Shown here piece by piece: positions 13,798 to 28,191 of a DNA stretch of 64,000 nucleotides; positions within the stretch are counted from its first letter, which is position 1, and the number at the start of each line of letters is the position of its first letter. The notes beneath the pieces are model-generated. The model was not told the DNA's origin. It did no database searches and was given only the letters and a program-made list of their open reading frames with translations. Made by a program: the position numbers and the translations under genes. The DNA comes from Paramecium tetraurelia (lineage: Eukaryota). The DNA lies in assembly GCA_000165425.1 (NCBI GenBank), contig CT868046.1, positions 1 to 64,000 of the forward strand, written 5' to 3'.

Positions 13798-15216
13798 TCA
13801 ATTTTATTCAGCTTAATCAAAAATGTTGAAGGGTTAAACATAAGTTTGTTGGGGAATTTCTTCTACTTGATTTAATTAAGAAGTAGAATCCTCAAGATTT
13901 CTTCTTTGTTATGGATTTGTATTTTGTATTAATTTTATACTTGTAACTCTTTATATAAAAGTAGAATTTTAATGCTTTTTATTCTCAGGACTTGAATCTG
14001 TTTGTTTTTGCAACATTAATCTTGAGAACTCTTCTTCTGTAAATTCCAAACGGCAATTTGGGCAACTTTTGCTCTTCTTAAACCTGAATTAATTTGATTC
14101 TTACCATTCGATTATACATTTATCATGAAAAATATGATTGCAAGGGGTTTCTCTTATAGTATCACTTTCTTCATAATTTGCTAAACAGATGCAACAAAAT
14201 TCATTCAACATTGAGGCTTGTACCTTTTTAATTGGCATATATTTATTTAATATCTCTAAACCAATTTCAGGGGTTTCTAAAGAAAGTACTTTTAATTATT
14301 TCCTAAATTAAACTGTCAAGTAAATTATGCTCAATATTGCCAAAACTATTACTGCTATTATGACTAGGATTCCCCAAATAGGGAAGATATTATCAGAACC
14401 AATAATTTCATTTAGAGATAACTATATTTCTGCCTCAGATGTTTGATTAAAATTATATAACCCGATTATTACAACCGATTCAATTTCATCACTTTACTTT
14501 TTTATTGTAGCCTAATATGTGTATTCTTGAGGTATCAAACTGAAATAGGAATTAAACGATGGCAATTACGTTAAGCGAGAAATATTAGAAGGGATCAATG
14601 AAACACCAACATCTGATTTGCCATTTACTATAAATAACTATTTCAAAGGGAAAACATTACCTAGTATTCATTCTATTCAATTCTATACATAAAAATATAT
14701 CCATTTATTCTAGGCTATTGTAATTTGTGTATTTGGTATTTCCTCAGATCTTAGTTGTTGTGAACAATTAGTAAAGTAAAAAGGGAACTTACATTAAACT
14801 TGCTTTTAAGGTGATTCAATCAAAGATAATGAGTAATTGAATTGTTGAATATCTTCTACTTAATAATCACATATTTTTTCGTATACAACATTAATAGCAA
14901 TTTTATCTGTTTAAGTGATATAAATATTTTAGAATTCAAGTTTCTAATGAAATGCATCGGCATCAACATTTGTTAAGTTTTTTTCATTCTTTTTGCTTTT
15001 CACAATTAATTATAAAGAATATCTTTGATCTTTAGGGAACTTTGTAATTTATAACTTGTCACATAAAAATTTGATTCATACCTATATTAGATAGAGATTT
15101 TCTTGTTTTAAAGTAAAATTCAGATCATTAATTTCTGTAATATAACTGTTGTTAAAGAGAATGGATTCACACTTATAATAAGGTATTAATCTTGTTATTA
15201 TCAATAAAATTAACAT
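13798..15216 (-). CDS. Single-pass membrane RING-H2 E3 ligase
   Basis: Hydrophobic N-terminus, a TM segment (WGILVIIAVIVLAILSIIY) and CCICLANYEE..TPCNHIFHDKCI.EW..CPNCR. Confidence 0.85.
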
Positions 15217-15348
15217 TATTATTATTCAATGTAAAATGAATCTCAAATTATTTATTACTTATTTGACTTTTTAACATACGTGTAGTTAATGAAAAATAAT
15301 ATATATATAGTTTACATTTATACAATATTATTTTATATAAATTTATCA

Positions 15349-16209
15349 ATGCTATTAAGCTAAATTGGGGTAGTTTTCTTCAATGTGGCATTTTTAAGTC
15401 CAATATTGGGATAGTTCAAAGGATCCATCTCAAAGATTTTATACATATTAATAGGAGTTCTTGAAATATACATCTATCTAACATACAAACCAACCAACTT
15501 TTATGAGGAATATAAAGTAATATAATCTAGATTAAATTAGATAACAAGGAAATTCGATTAGAGTCAATTAAGATAGGCGTACAAGAGAATTATGCTTGAT
15601 TATCATCCTGATCGTAATACACAAATAACATCAGAATAATTTAATTACTTGAAAAATATCAATGAAATACTAAAATAAGATGAGCCAAGATAATGTATAG
15701 ATTAATTGTATTTTAGAATATGATCAATTTGGGGTTGTAGTAGAGAGCAATATTAATCCATTGCCTGCAATAATATATCGAATAAAATTAACAAGATTAT
15801 TCTTTTACATGATTTTATTTTTGATACAGCTCGTCAATAGTCAAGATCAGAAGAGTCAATAAAAATTATTAACAATTTTAGTTCTGGGTTTAGGATATGG
15901 GGATTTTTTCCTAATGGAATAACCATAATATTTTTAAAATTCTCATTTCTTTGCTTCATTAGCCTTATTTGAATTTTTGAATATTTATAGAATAGTTGTC
16001 ACCCTGATCATATCATGCATACTAGCAGAAATTAAAAATTAGCAAATAAAAAGAAATTAATTACTTGAACTTTTGGATTAAAGAACTATTTAAGAAATAG
16101 TTTTAGAACATAAGGAATTCCTTAATACTCAAAATTCTATAAGATAAAAGATATTAAATGGATTTCTAATGGTGGCATTGACTATATATTTATTTTCTAA
16201 CTCTGTTGA
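15349..16209 (+). CDS. Membrane-associated DnaJ (J-domain) protein
   Basis: NFYEE..QLRQAYKRIMLDYHPDRN..NEIL..YDQFG (HPD motif) flanked by hydrophobic segments. Confidence 0.8.
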
Positions 16210-16399
16210 TTATCAGGCACTATTTTTGAAAGCTCTTAATTACATATAAATGAGAGGATAGTAGGATTTGTGATATATTAATAAATTTATTTGAAGAATT
16301 ATTTAATGTTTATGACATTTCATATTTAAATTCTTTGTGGTTATATTATAGTGTAATTAAATTGGTTAATTAATAAACATAAAATTACTAACATCTACA

Positions 16400-17479
16400 T
16401 CAACTTTATTTAGTTCTATTGAGCAAGTCCTAAACTATAACATTATCAAAGTATTTAGATTTCTAATTAAGTTCTTTTTCAAACCTTTTTGTGTCTTCTT
16501 AATCTACATACATGTCATTCCTACAATTTTTAATTAAGATATTACATTTATTTAATTATTGGCCTTTGACCATATAGTAATTGTAATTCAGGAGGCAACA
16601 ATTCAAGGTTTTTTTTAAAGAATGAATTCAGTTCATTATTCTAAGGTGTTTCTTTTATTGGTTGATACGGTTCAAAAGAAGGATAATCTAAGAGTGAAAA
16701 CAATTTCTATTTAAAATCTGCAATAATATTAATATTTATCATACCTTATCGATCCTCCAAAATGAATTTTGATAATAAATTATACCTTTTTTCGAATGCT
16801 TTTTATATTTGTTCTCTAATTTAATTTCCAATTGAAACAATATTTTCCTAACCTAATTTATTTTCATAACAATAAGTATATACAAATTCATCAATACTAT
16901 TTGGTAGAATAAGATAAGTACTATTAAGGAGCATTGTCTAAATCCCATTAGATAGTTTCAATGAATTTAGATGTTGATATCTATAAATTGATCATTGAAT
17001 CGTTTTTATCAATATACGATTCAAAGACCAATATATCTGATACATATTTCAATTTTTTATGATCTTCAATTGCTTATTTGATCTAGGATAGGCAGTCATC
17101 AACAATTTCTAATTTAATTACTAAGATATTTACTTTGTGCTTCCGAAGCGCTAAGTTTTCCAACTTTGGTAGGGTATTTTTCTTCTAATAGATCTGTTAC
17201 TATAGTAAAGAGATTTCTGAATAATTATTCATCTGAATAATCATCCTCAAAGTCCCATAAGATTAGTTCCTCCAAAATTGTGTCTTTGCTATTTGATGAA
17301 GCAATAGGTATCTGAAGCTTAATGGGACTCAGATTTTGAGATGAATTATGGAATCCTGGAGGAAATGGACACAATTTTATGTTGTTTTGAAATTTTTCAT
17401 TATGAGTCTTAATTTTGTGAATTTTCTTTTTTATACAATCAAGTTATGTGATTACTTCTGATAGTTAAGTGTCCTGCAT
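16400..17479 (-). CDS. Hypothetical protein
   Basis: Long code-6 reading frame from MQDTQLSEVITQL with short introns; no confidently recognised domain. Confidence 0.55.
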
Positions 17480-17998
17480 TAAAACAAAAAATTAAAAATT
17501 AAATATATATTAAATCTTTTTTATAATATCAATAATTTTAAGATTTCGCTTAAATGATTGAATAGTTTTGGTTTCAAAGTAATCATATCATTAAATATTT
17601 TATTATTAAAATTTTTCTATCAAACAATTTCAAATTGGTTCTTTTCTTAATTCTAAATGTATTCTTATCCATTTTCTCTTCTTTGCTTAAAAATTCCTGA
17701 ATTAATGTTCTTCTAATCATGTCAATCAGAACAATTCAATAACAATTATTAAATCAAAATCTTCTGGAAATGCAGAACTGCATGTCTAGACAAAGAATTA
17801 AATCCACATTAATGGTATTCTGGGTTGTTTAGCACATATATAAAGATCTACAGAATAGGTATAATTTTAATCATATTACCTTTTATAATCTTATAATTTC
17901 TGAATTAATTGTGAATGATGCACTCTATGCAGTCTATATCCAAAAATTAATGCAAAAGGATTAAGATTATTATATTAAATTAAATTATCAGTTAAATA

Positions 17999-18717
17999 AT
18001 GTTTGAAAATAATTGCGTTAAATATGTTCCATCAGTGCCTAAAATAGTTGATCCTGAACCAATAACTTGTATAATAGAGCCAAGTATATAAATCAATTGA
18101 GAATTTTAGGCGAAGAGGAAGGTGGCTTATATTTAGGTAATTTGGAAGCAGCAAACAATGTAGATCTATTAAGAAGGTTGAAGATTCGAGCAGTTCTTAC
18201 AGCAAGTCAGGAGACTGCAGTAAAATACTAAGAGCATGTTGTTCATTTTCACGAAATTATTATGGCTCATGATAAAGCAGATTACGATATCATTTAGCAC
18301 TTTGAATAGGCTTATGAATTTATTGACAGACATAGGAAATACACAAATGTTTTTGTGCATTGTTTTGCAGGTATAAGCAGATCAGCATCCATGGTTACAG
18401 CCTACCTAATGAAAAAATATAATTTATCGTTCGAAAAAGCACTTTGGAATGTGAAGGCTAAAAGAAGATAAGTGCATCCAAATGTTGGATTTATTAGATA
18501 GTTGTAAAAATATGAAACTGTACTAAAAAATCAAGCTATTTCTAATGCACCATCCAGAATTCAATATTAATAGTAATAATTCCCATAATATGGATTTACT
18601 TAATAATAAATTCAACAACCAATCCAATAATCTATTTTGACACCATTCATTTAATAATCTGTTCAATAACCATGGAATTAATCATAACGCTTTGATGAAT
18701 TAGTTTAATTTTATTGA
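17999..18717 (+). CDS. Dual-specificity protein phosphatase with Q/P-rich tail
   Basis: GLYLGN, VFVHCFAGISRSASMVTAYLM and VKAKRRQVHPNVGFIRQL; one short intron. Confidence 0.92.
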
Positions 18718-18899
18718 TTATTATAAAGACTTACAATCTATAACTATGCTAAATTTCTTGAATATTTTTAAAGTTGTTTCTTATATCATTTCATTTTTTT
18801 AAATAGTCAAAAAGAAAGAGTTGGTATCACCTCTAAATATTTATACCTCAATTTATATTATATATATTAGGTTAGAGATTTAATAAAATTATAATATAA

Positions 18900-21057
18900 A
18901 TGTAATATTTATAGAAGAAGACTTAATCTCAAGGAGATTAAGTAAACCAAAGATAAAATATTATAGATGACTCCTTTCTTGATGAAAGTATTCATTTAGA
19001 TAGCGAATCATCTAGAGAAAACTTAAAAACATTAATAAATTGTAAAGCTGAACATACTCTATCAACTAAAGAATCATGTAATTCAAACTCATTCACTTTA
19101 AGCAGCAATAAAGTAATTGAATTTTTGATTTAGTTTAAATTTTTAGCTTATGAAATTCTTGAATGGGAAACATTAGATAATACTCTACCATCTGAAGTTT
19201 ATAATTTCCTTTCAATATTGAAATGTTAATGTTATGCTGGTACAATAACTTATACAATTGAATAAATTGAAGTTTTGATCAATCAGAGCTAAATATATGT
19301 GTATTTGATTAAAAATAAAAATAGTAAAAATTTACTGGAATTTTTAAGTTAAATCTTAGATAAAGGATGGATTTTTAAAACAATAAGAATTTTTAACGGG
19401 TCTATACTTAATTTCTATGCATTAGCAGTAAAAACCCTAACTTTCGAAAATTTATTTTGGATTATTAAATCATTAAAAAAGGATTTAATCACTCCAACTG
19501 AAAGTTCGGTTTAAAGTAGAATCAAAGAATGCTATGGATTAAAATACAAAAGAAAAGAATGGAATCTTATTATTAATTAAATTAAATCAGAAAAGTAAGT
19601 TATTTAGTTTAGATCCTCATAAGGGAAGCAAGTTGAATTACCAATGATATAAGTGATTTAAATTAAAGATCCTTTTATTTAAGAAGAAACATAAGGAATC
19701 TATATTTAAAATTAAAATTGGAATCCCGAAGATGAGTTTTAAGAAGATTTATATTAAAAATAAGAATGGAATATTTTTATTGAATACTTGTAAAGCATAA
19801 TTGACGATTAGAATGATTATTAATTCTTTAAAGATGGTGGATATGGATGCGCTTAATTCATAAAGCTCTTTGGCCCAAAGAATTTAAGAGAGTTATCCTT
19901 AGCCAGATTAAAATTATACACACATATGGCTATTAATAAACACTATATTAGGAACACGAAAAAGGTTTAATATAACAGAGAGAAATCAGAATATGCAACT
20001 GACGATTCTTAAGATAGGGATAACAATATCAAAATGAAAATCGAGGAACTTAAGGAACAACTTATTCAACTATTGTTAGAAAGTCAAGATGGGTATGTAA
20101 TCATTTTTAATTAAGAGTGTATCTTTTACTTAAATACCTAAATTATTAAAGAAACGAGTAAATTTCAAAATAAATTTAATTGACCTTGGATTCCCAAAAT
20201 TAAGAAACTTTATAGAATCAATAAAGGAAGAGATATCAATAGAAAAAAATGGCAGAAATAATGTTATTGTTAAGCTGGATCGAATAAAATACTGGAATTA
20301 GTATTAAAGTACATAATAAAAATTGATCTTAGACAAAATAGGAGGTGATTTGAGTAATTAGGCAATTAGTTCTAATATTCTAGAATTGCTAAAGAACATA
20401 TTAAGTTAACATAAATATGGGATAAGTATTAATGAATTATACTACGATTTATCTCAATTGTTAGGTGAATGGTTTAATTTTAAAAAATTTTAATGTTAGA
20501 GTTTCTTTTAGTTTTTGTAAAATTACGCAGAGAATATCTTAATTATAGTATGCCAAAAGGGAAACCAATATCTAATTTATGAGAGGGATCTTAGATTCCT
20601 ACCTCCTCCAACCTATATTTAAGATAGCAATAATTAATAATTCGATCGTAATCTTAGCGAAGTTTACTAATGTAATTTGGGATTGTCACTTCATTAATCT
20701 AGTTTCTCTAATAGTTGGTTGGGAAAAGCTGGAGATTCTTAGCTCAGATAAAAGTCTCTTCAACTTATTGAAGATTCTCATTAGGAAATTAAGGAGAATT
20801 TAAAGTTTATAGATGAAATTTTAGGTTTATAGATATTATAGCCATAAGGATATGAAACAAAATAAAACGATACCTATTCAATCTAAGATTGGTCAGAAAA
20901 GTCAATGAATCGTTTTGAAATGTTTAGTTCTATTAACTATGGGTAAAGTGAAATACCAGCTGATTTTGATTTAACTAAAGAACTACAAAACCCTCTCTCT
21001 TAAAAATAACAAATACAATAGCAAACTATTCAATAAAATGAAAGTAAAAAAAAATGA
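18900..21057 (+). CDS. OST-HTH/LOTUS-domain RNA-associated protein (two LOTUS repeats)
   Basis: LKEQLIQLLLESQDG|VSFTQIPKLLKKRVNFKINLIDLGFPKLRNFIESI and ILELLKNILSQHKYGISINELYYDLSQLLGEWFNFKKFQCQSFFQFLQ. Confidence 0.7.
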
Positions 21058-21391
21058 ATAAACTTTTTTTTTGTTTTTTAGTTTAATTTTATTAGAATTA
21101 TTTTATTGTTATTTTATAATTAATCAAATAATATCAATTATAATGATGATGGGTCTGATTTGATGCAAGATACTCGATTGATTAATATCAATAGAATTTG
21201 ATTTCATAATTAGTTGCGAATGTGTTGTTAAACCCATACGATAAGATTTTTAAGCATTTTAAATAGTTAATAAAGGATAAGTCTTTAGGGAAATTTGAGT
21301 AAATGTTATATTTTCATTAAGAATTTACCTATATCATTTTGTAACAACCTAAGACTCATTTTTATTCACTTAATTGATTTTTCATTAATTA

Positions 21392-22795
21392 ATGTTTGAT
21401 AAAAAAAAATTTCTAATTAGTTCAATATCAATAACCTTGCTAATATTTACGATATTTCACAATGTTGAAAATGTAATTCAGAAAAGAAGATTTTTGTCAG
21501 AAGATGAGGCATCTAATGATCAACCTGAAGAAAAAAGCGAGGATGAACACAAAAATATAAAAAGAACATACTCCCCATCAGAGATTGAGTTCTGGATTTG
21601 TTTATTTATAGCTGCAAGTTTAAATATATCTCAAAATATTAGCTCTAATCTGTTTGGCAGCCATCTGCTCTGGGATGACTGTTGGTTATTTATCAGTAGA
21701 TGAATTATAATTAGAAATATATAAAGAATAAGGCACACTTGAATAATAAAGGTAAGCAAATATTATTTTGCCAATTATAAAATAGCATCATATGCTTCTT
21801 TGCACATTACTCATAGGGAATGCATTCTGTATGGAATCGCTTCCTATATTTTTTGATAAAGTAGTTCCTCCAGCTTTTGCAGTATTAATATCAGTCATCT
21901 TTATAATCTTTGCTGGAGAAATCATTCCTTAAGCTCTATGTACTGGTCCAAAATAATTAATTATTGCTGAAAAACTAACTCCCTTAGTTAAAATTTTAAT
22001 GATTTTATTCTGGCCTATCAGCTACCCTTTGGCTAAAATATTAGATTCCTATTTTGGAGAGCATGGGTCTACTAGATTTTAAAAGAATGAACTAAAAGCT
22101 CTAATAGAGTTACATGGAATACAAAAACATGCTACTGGAGGTGGTCACGCAAGTGAAGAATAAGGATTCACTTAAGCAGAAATTAATATGATAACCTCCA
22201 CTATTGATTTGAGGGATAAAACTGTTGAATAAGCCATGATCCCGATTAAAGATGTTTACTCTGTTAACAAAAATAATGAACTTAATAGAGAAACTTTAGC
22301 AAGAATAGCTTCCTCTGGTTATTCTTATGTTACCATCTATGAAAATTAGAAGGAAAATATTATCGGCACTATTAGATCGAAATAATTAATTGATATGGAA
22401 TTAACTAAGAGAAAGATATCTGAATTAGATAATCTTGTTAGACCTGTTCTATTTATTTAAAATGATACTTCTTTATTCGAGATGTTAATGATTTTTAAAT
22501 AAAAAAAAACTAAAATAGCTTTTGTAGTTGAGGCTAATAAAATTGAATAAACTAATACTTCAAGAATTCCTAATTATTAAACTGCTGATGAGAAAATGTA
22601 AAAAAAAATTATAGGATTGATCTCCTTGAAAATGTTATTTGAAGAAATTGTAAAGAAGGAGTTTCATGATCAAGATAACCACATCAAGATTATTTCAGTA
22701 ACATAACTATTTATTTCTAGCTAAAACCTCCTTAAATTTAACCACTTGGTAGATCATAAAACAAAATACTAATTGAACCAGAGGAAAAAAAATGA
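21392..22795 (+). CDS. CNNM/DUF21-CBS metal transporter
   Basis: [54 protein letters not shown] and AMIPIKDV (CBS). Confidence 0.9.
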
Positions 22796-22857
22796 AATAT
22801 TATAAAACAATAATTTTAGATAATAATTTGTAATTTTTCAATAACATATATTGTTAT

Positions 22858-24143
22858 TCATATTAATTCGTTTATTAATTCAAGGATTTTATAGGTTCTT
22901 CCCATATCATAATGTTCTTATAAATGTTATTGAATATCATTTAATACTTTTGAATTAACTTCTTCAAATTATTCCAATTTTGCCAAATCATAACCTAATG
23001 AGTGCTTAATATAAAATTTATAAAGCAATTCAACAATTTCCTTTTTTGATAAATCTTCAACATCAAATTTATAATCTTTAAGAATTTCCTATTTAATTTA
23101 ATCTTAACTTGAAAAACAATTTTTAATCATTTTCATGACACTATCAAAAGATGCATTTGCTCTTATTCTATCTGGTTCTATTTAAGTTAAAAATTCATTA
23201 TATGATTGTTTAGTAATTCCCCTTATTAAATAAGTATTTTAGAGTTTGTCTCCATAGTAATTTTAGAATTATTTCACAAAATTAGGTTAAAAATGAAATA
23301 AAATATACTATTATAAATATTCTAATCCTTCAAGATTATCACTTTATTCTTACATTTAACTTCCATTTTCAATGCAGACATTGTCTTCAAATTTAATCTT
23401 ATGTTTTAATACCTCTTCTAAATAAATAAGTAATTCTTTTTCACAAAGATATCTTTATTTATTAATTTTATTATAATTTTCAAGTTCATTAGCTTTCATT
23501 ATTTAATTATTAATATCAATATGTTCATTTATGAATAAATCAAGCAGATCATTTAATTATTTAAATTATTTTAAATCATTGATATCTCTAATATTTTTTA
23601 TTTCTTCTATTATTTTAGTAAAGTTATTATCTTAATAGACTTCTAAAAATTTAATAATAATTTTTTTAATGTCTTTTCCATCCTGTGTAAATGATAATTC
23701 TTGATTTTAAGGATTAGAAACTATTAAATATTAAACGAAATAGATTTTATCAATTTAAATAATTGATTAATAAGTAGTAAATTTATTGGATTCTGGTTTT
23801 AATTGAATAAAAATATTGTTTGCATTCAATTAGGAATGGTTTAATTTTTTTTCAGCCATTTTAAATAAATGCTGGATAATAGCTTAGATAATTAAAATGA
23901 CTTATCCTTTAAAGATAACTACATAATTTGATTTCTAAATTATTATTAAAAATATACTATTGCATCCATTAAATCATTTAAAGAAATGCATTCATTATAA
24001 GGAATTTTGTGTAAAATGAATTCATCTTCTTATTGTTTGTCAACTAAATAAGGATTATTTTCTAGAATATTAATTTATTCTAATTATCTATCATCGCATT
24101 TAACTCTTTGACAAATAAATTTATAATTCTACCATCCTTTCAT
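22858..24143 (-). CDS. Pseudokinase-like protein, copy A (420 aa; 23-nt intron 23935-23957)
   Basis: Removing the 23-nt intron gives IIQAIIQHLFKMAEKKLNHSQLNANNIFI, resembling kinase subdomains VIa/VIb with the HRD Asp lost. No DFG or Gly loop seen. Confidence 0.7.
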
Positions 24144-24299
24144 TTTAATATTATATTAATTAATAACAATTTATTATAATAGAATTAGTTTATCAAGAAT
24201 GACTGTTAAATTTAAATTGATTTCTTTAAATTATTTCCTAATTTGTTTAGTTCTCATAGCTATTGGATATTCATTATTTAGATTCAAATGATTTATATC

Positions 24300-27200
24300 A
24301 CTTTTTAATTTACTGTATAATATTTAATTATAGGATATGCCGATCAAGTGTTAGAAGTGAGAAGATCATTTATATATTTATGCAAATAATAAATTCTCTC
24401 TTTATTAACTTGTCATATTTGATGGAATTTCTTAATTTTTTGATTCTTGAAACAAACAATTTAGATTTAAAATGACATTTCGTCTATTCTACTTTAATAT
24501 AAAGAAGATTTAATTGTGTTTGATAACTTTTACTCATCTAAATTTCTTTTATTAAATAAATTTAATAACTCTTTTTATATTGTTATCTCTCCATTAATAA
24601 ATATATTTCAATTCTTGATTATATTCATAGGAATGATAGCTCAAAATATAGAATATTAGTAATTATCAAAAATTATTATGCATATACTATATATACTATA
24701 GATTATAATTCATAATGTATATATATTATCATTGTTGTATCGAAGTCAATTATATAGTTGAAGTGTATGATTCAATAAGCATTAAAATTCAAGGAAATAG
24801 GCTTTGGTTTGAATATTTTTTCTTACAAATCAAATATAACAAAATCATTGTAGGTGGAGATTGGAATATTAAAGAATAAACTTTTGATTTTTAATTTTAA
24901 AAATTCCTTCTAAAGTTAAATTATATTAAGTAGTAAAAACTCTAAATCTAGAACCATGCAGATTAAATTATAATATTTTCATAATATTAATTTTAACTAT
25001 TTTTCTAATCATTCATTAATTAGTTTAATAAAATTTAATCCTGATATTCTAGCCAATCATAGATAATAGTTCTATTTTATAAATTCAGTAAAATATGACC
25101 TATTGGTTAAAATCATCTAAATATTATTTGTTTTTTTACAATTTATTATAAAAATCTCATTAAATCATTTGCGATGAAGAATTAAAGACATTTTTTCCTA
25201 ATTTATAGGAATGCTAAACATCTCTTTATATTTGCTAAGATTGGAAACGATTTCTAAAAAGATGAATAGACTATTTTAAAAAATTGAAATCACAAATAAT
25301 GAACCAAACCTAGAAAAAAGGAGATATTTTTCTTGCTATCTTGACAATTTTAAGAAGCTGCAGTTATCGTTGAATAATTAATTAATTGACCATTACACAA
25401 AGAGGATTATTTGATAATTTTTAACTTAGATTTTTCAAAAATATACACCATAATTAATAGTTCAAAATATTTACAATTCTAAAATGAAATACTAATTTTA
25501 GTAAAGTTGATGCGGAAGCAGGATATACATTGGAATGATTTTGAAGTTAATTTAAAGAAAATAAATAATTAAAACAACTCAATTCTTTTAATAATTGCTC
25601 AGTAATAAAATTTATATCAAAGCGAAATATATTTCAAATATTCAGAGTCAATAATTGCAAAAAGTCAATTAAATTAAAGTTTATGAAGAATATATAATCA
25701 CAATTTTATAAACTAGGAAATCTGAATTAAGTAGAATAGAAATAGAACATAAAGTAAAGATCATTAGAAAACTTTTAATTTGATAATTCTAGGTTTTGGT
25801 ATCATGATTGGAATATTCTAAATAAAGAATAACTCATTATCTTCTGATTTAGATAACTTTTTATTGTAAAAAAATGGTTGAAAAGTTTAAATTCGGTATA
25901 TTGTAAAAGGATATAATTCTAGATTTATAAATAGAATTGTGAATAACTTCAATTATTCTGATAAGTTTTATTAATATTGAATGTTTGAGATATTACATGA
26001 TATTGATCTAATTTTTATTATGGGTTGCTAATTTGAATCTGCTTATGGTAGGAGATAAACATTTGTTACTTTATAAATCAAATTAAGATATTAGAAGATA
26101 ATCAAAACATATCCCCACCATAAAAGAATTTATGTATTAAAAATTTAAATTATAATCTTATTATTATTTTCCTCAACAGAAAATTAATTTCATTTCTCAA
26201 TCTATTTTTTTTAATTTTTTTCTTCTCTTTAAAATTATATGAAATAATTCCGAACAGAGTATAGAAGTTACATTAATCTATGATATTGATCATAAAAATT
26301 TCATCAATTAGCTTTTAATTTTAGAAACTTAATTAAGATTGTCCAATTTGTTAATAAAGTTTATGATATTTTTAGTAATGATGCCAAGCCTATGTTGAAG
26401 ATTAAAAATGATTAACCTTTGTTAGAGAGATTCTGAAATCTTGAAATAATTTCAGAATAATTATCCAAAAAGAATTTTAGTCTACATTTAAAATAATTTA
26501 ATGCTCATTATAAAATATAATACTTTTTTAGCTATTAATAACCTTAATCGATTAAATTATTAAAATAAAAATAATTATATTTAGGATGACGATGTTTCTT
26601 AATTAGATAGCCAATCTCATTATGATTATATAATACAGATTAATTCTCTAATAATAACCTTTAATTAATTTATATCATTGATTATAAATGAAAATATTAA
26701 CTTATATCTTTCAATACATTTGTGATTCGTATAAATTCTTATATAGTGAAGTCAATTTAGACAGGACCTGATCATTCTCTTCATTCAAATCAATAGTTTT
26801 GCTTGTAATAAATCCATCAGTAATTATATTTTACCACTGTTTAATAAAATCTTACTAACAATTTTCCTCTTAATTTTATGGAAAATTATAGCAGTCTTAT
26901 AATAATTCTATTTTAGCTACAATTTGATCTTGTTAAAGATATTTGAAATTTGTTAGAAAAAAATTAAGCATGAAATCATAAAGTTCTTCTCCTAACTATA
27001 AATTCTCTAACTATCCCTAGATAAAAGTATAAAATTGGTGATTAATTTTGGATTAAACTAAACCTTATCGATTATCTTCGTATCCAGACTAATCAATTTA
27101 TTCTTAAATATTTAAATCTTCTGATACAATATCTAATTTTTAGCTTTAATCATATTCTAATTGTTATGGTTGGTATTGACGCTATTGATACTATGGCTAT

Positions 27201-28100
27201 TAAAATTATTAAAATTAATATCCAATCTTTTATTATTACTATTATTCTTATATTTTTTTATTATTAACTTATGGATTTTCTTGTTAAATTTATGGATTCT
27301 ATTAAACATTAGGTAAGGGTATCTCAACCTTTTTTAAAGCTTGAGGTTATCTAATATATTAATCTATTTCAATAACATCCTTAAAATTATCATGGATAAG
27401 TTGTTTGTCTTTGATGTTTTTTTATACAAACTAGTTCAATTCCTTATGATAGTTAGCTGTTTTCAATGTATCAAGCACCTAATTTGAAAATTCAGTTATG
27501 TATTATATTTTCTTGCTTAAATCTACTCTATTATCTTCATTAATTAAACTTATCAAAAACTCTTAATGTTTTAAGAAAAATTAATAAGAAATTTCAAATA
27601 TTTGGTTTTGATTGTCTTCATAAGAAACCAAATCTTTGTTAACATGTATATTAGTAAAGGTTATTTCATTATTTTCATTATTTACATAAATTGAATCCAT
27701 TTCAAGTTTTGATAAATTAGAAATTTGATAAACCTTTAATAATTAATCCACGATGTTGTTTGTAATGATAAATAATTAGCCAATAGTAAAACATTTGGTT
27801 TTATTTTGCTATGCATAGAAATTAAATAATTACTTCTAATTTAATAAGGTCATTTAGATTAACACAATTCTCTATACCATACTTTAAACTATCATTTTCA
27901 TATTGGAACTTTTGTATTTTTTGCATTCTTTATATTTAACGATACCTCTCTTTTGTTATATTTTGCATATTTCTATTAAAAAAATTATTATTAAATTGAA
28001 ACAAAATATAAATACTTATTAATTAAAAAAGAAAAGATAATTCTTATATATCTTTGATTGTTTTTCAATAGAATTATATAATAAGTTATTCGGTGTAAGA
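24300..28100 (+). mobile_element. Highly degenerate non-LTR (LINE-type) retrotransposon relic: APE endonuclease - RT - CCHC knuckle
   Basis: Collinear motif remnants: FLILET (~24438), KIIVGGDWN (24841-24867), LANH (~25050), FKFG..IILD (~25885), FESAYGR (~26032), QDCPIC then MIFLVM (~26335-26380), YIQNNLML (~26482), YLG (26578) and C-x2-C-x9-H-x4-C (27754-27809, via frameshifts). Many TGAs and frameshifts. Ends undefined. Confidence 0.6.
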
Positions 28101-28191
28101 CTCTATTTCCGATAAAACCAATATTAAAAAGTTCTGTATATATATATAGATATCTCAAATTCACATTAGAATTAATTATTAAAATATTAAA

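Noticed and set aside
25411..25450. LDFSKIY as the RT domain-3 motif of the LINE relic
   Set aside because: Its spacing to the endonuclease and to the QxCP motif is wrong. FESAYGR at ~26032 fits better, so this is probably chance.
28134..28150. (TA)n run as the LINE 3' tail or an IES boundary
   Set aside because: Too short and too common in this AT-rich DNA; no matching target duplication was identified.
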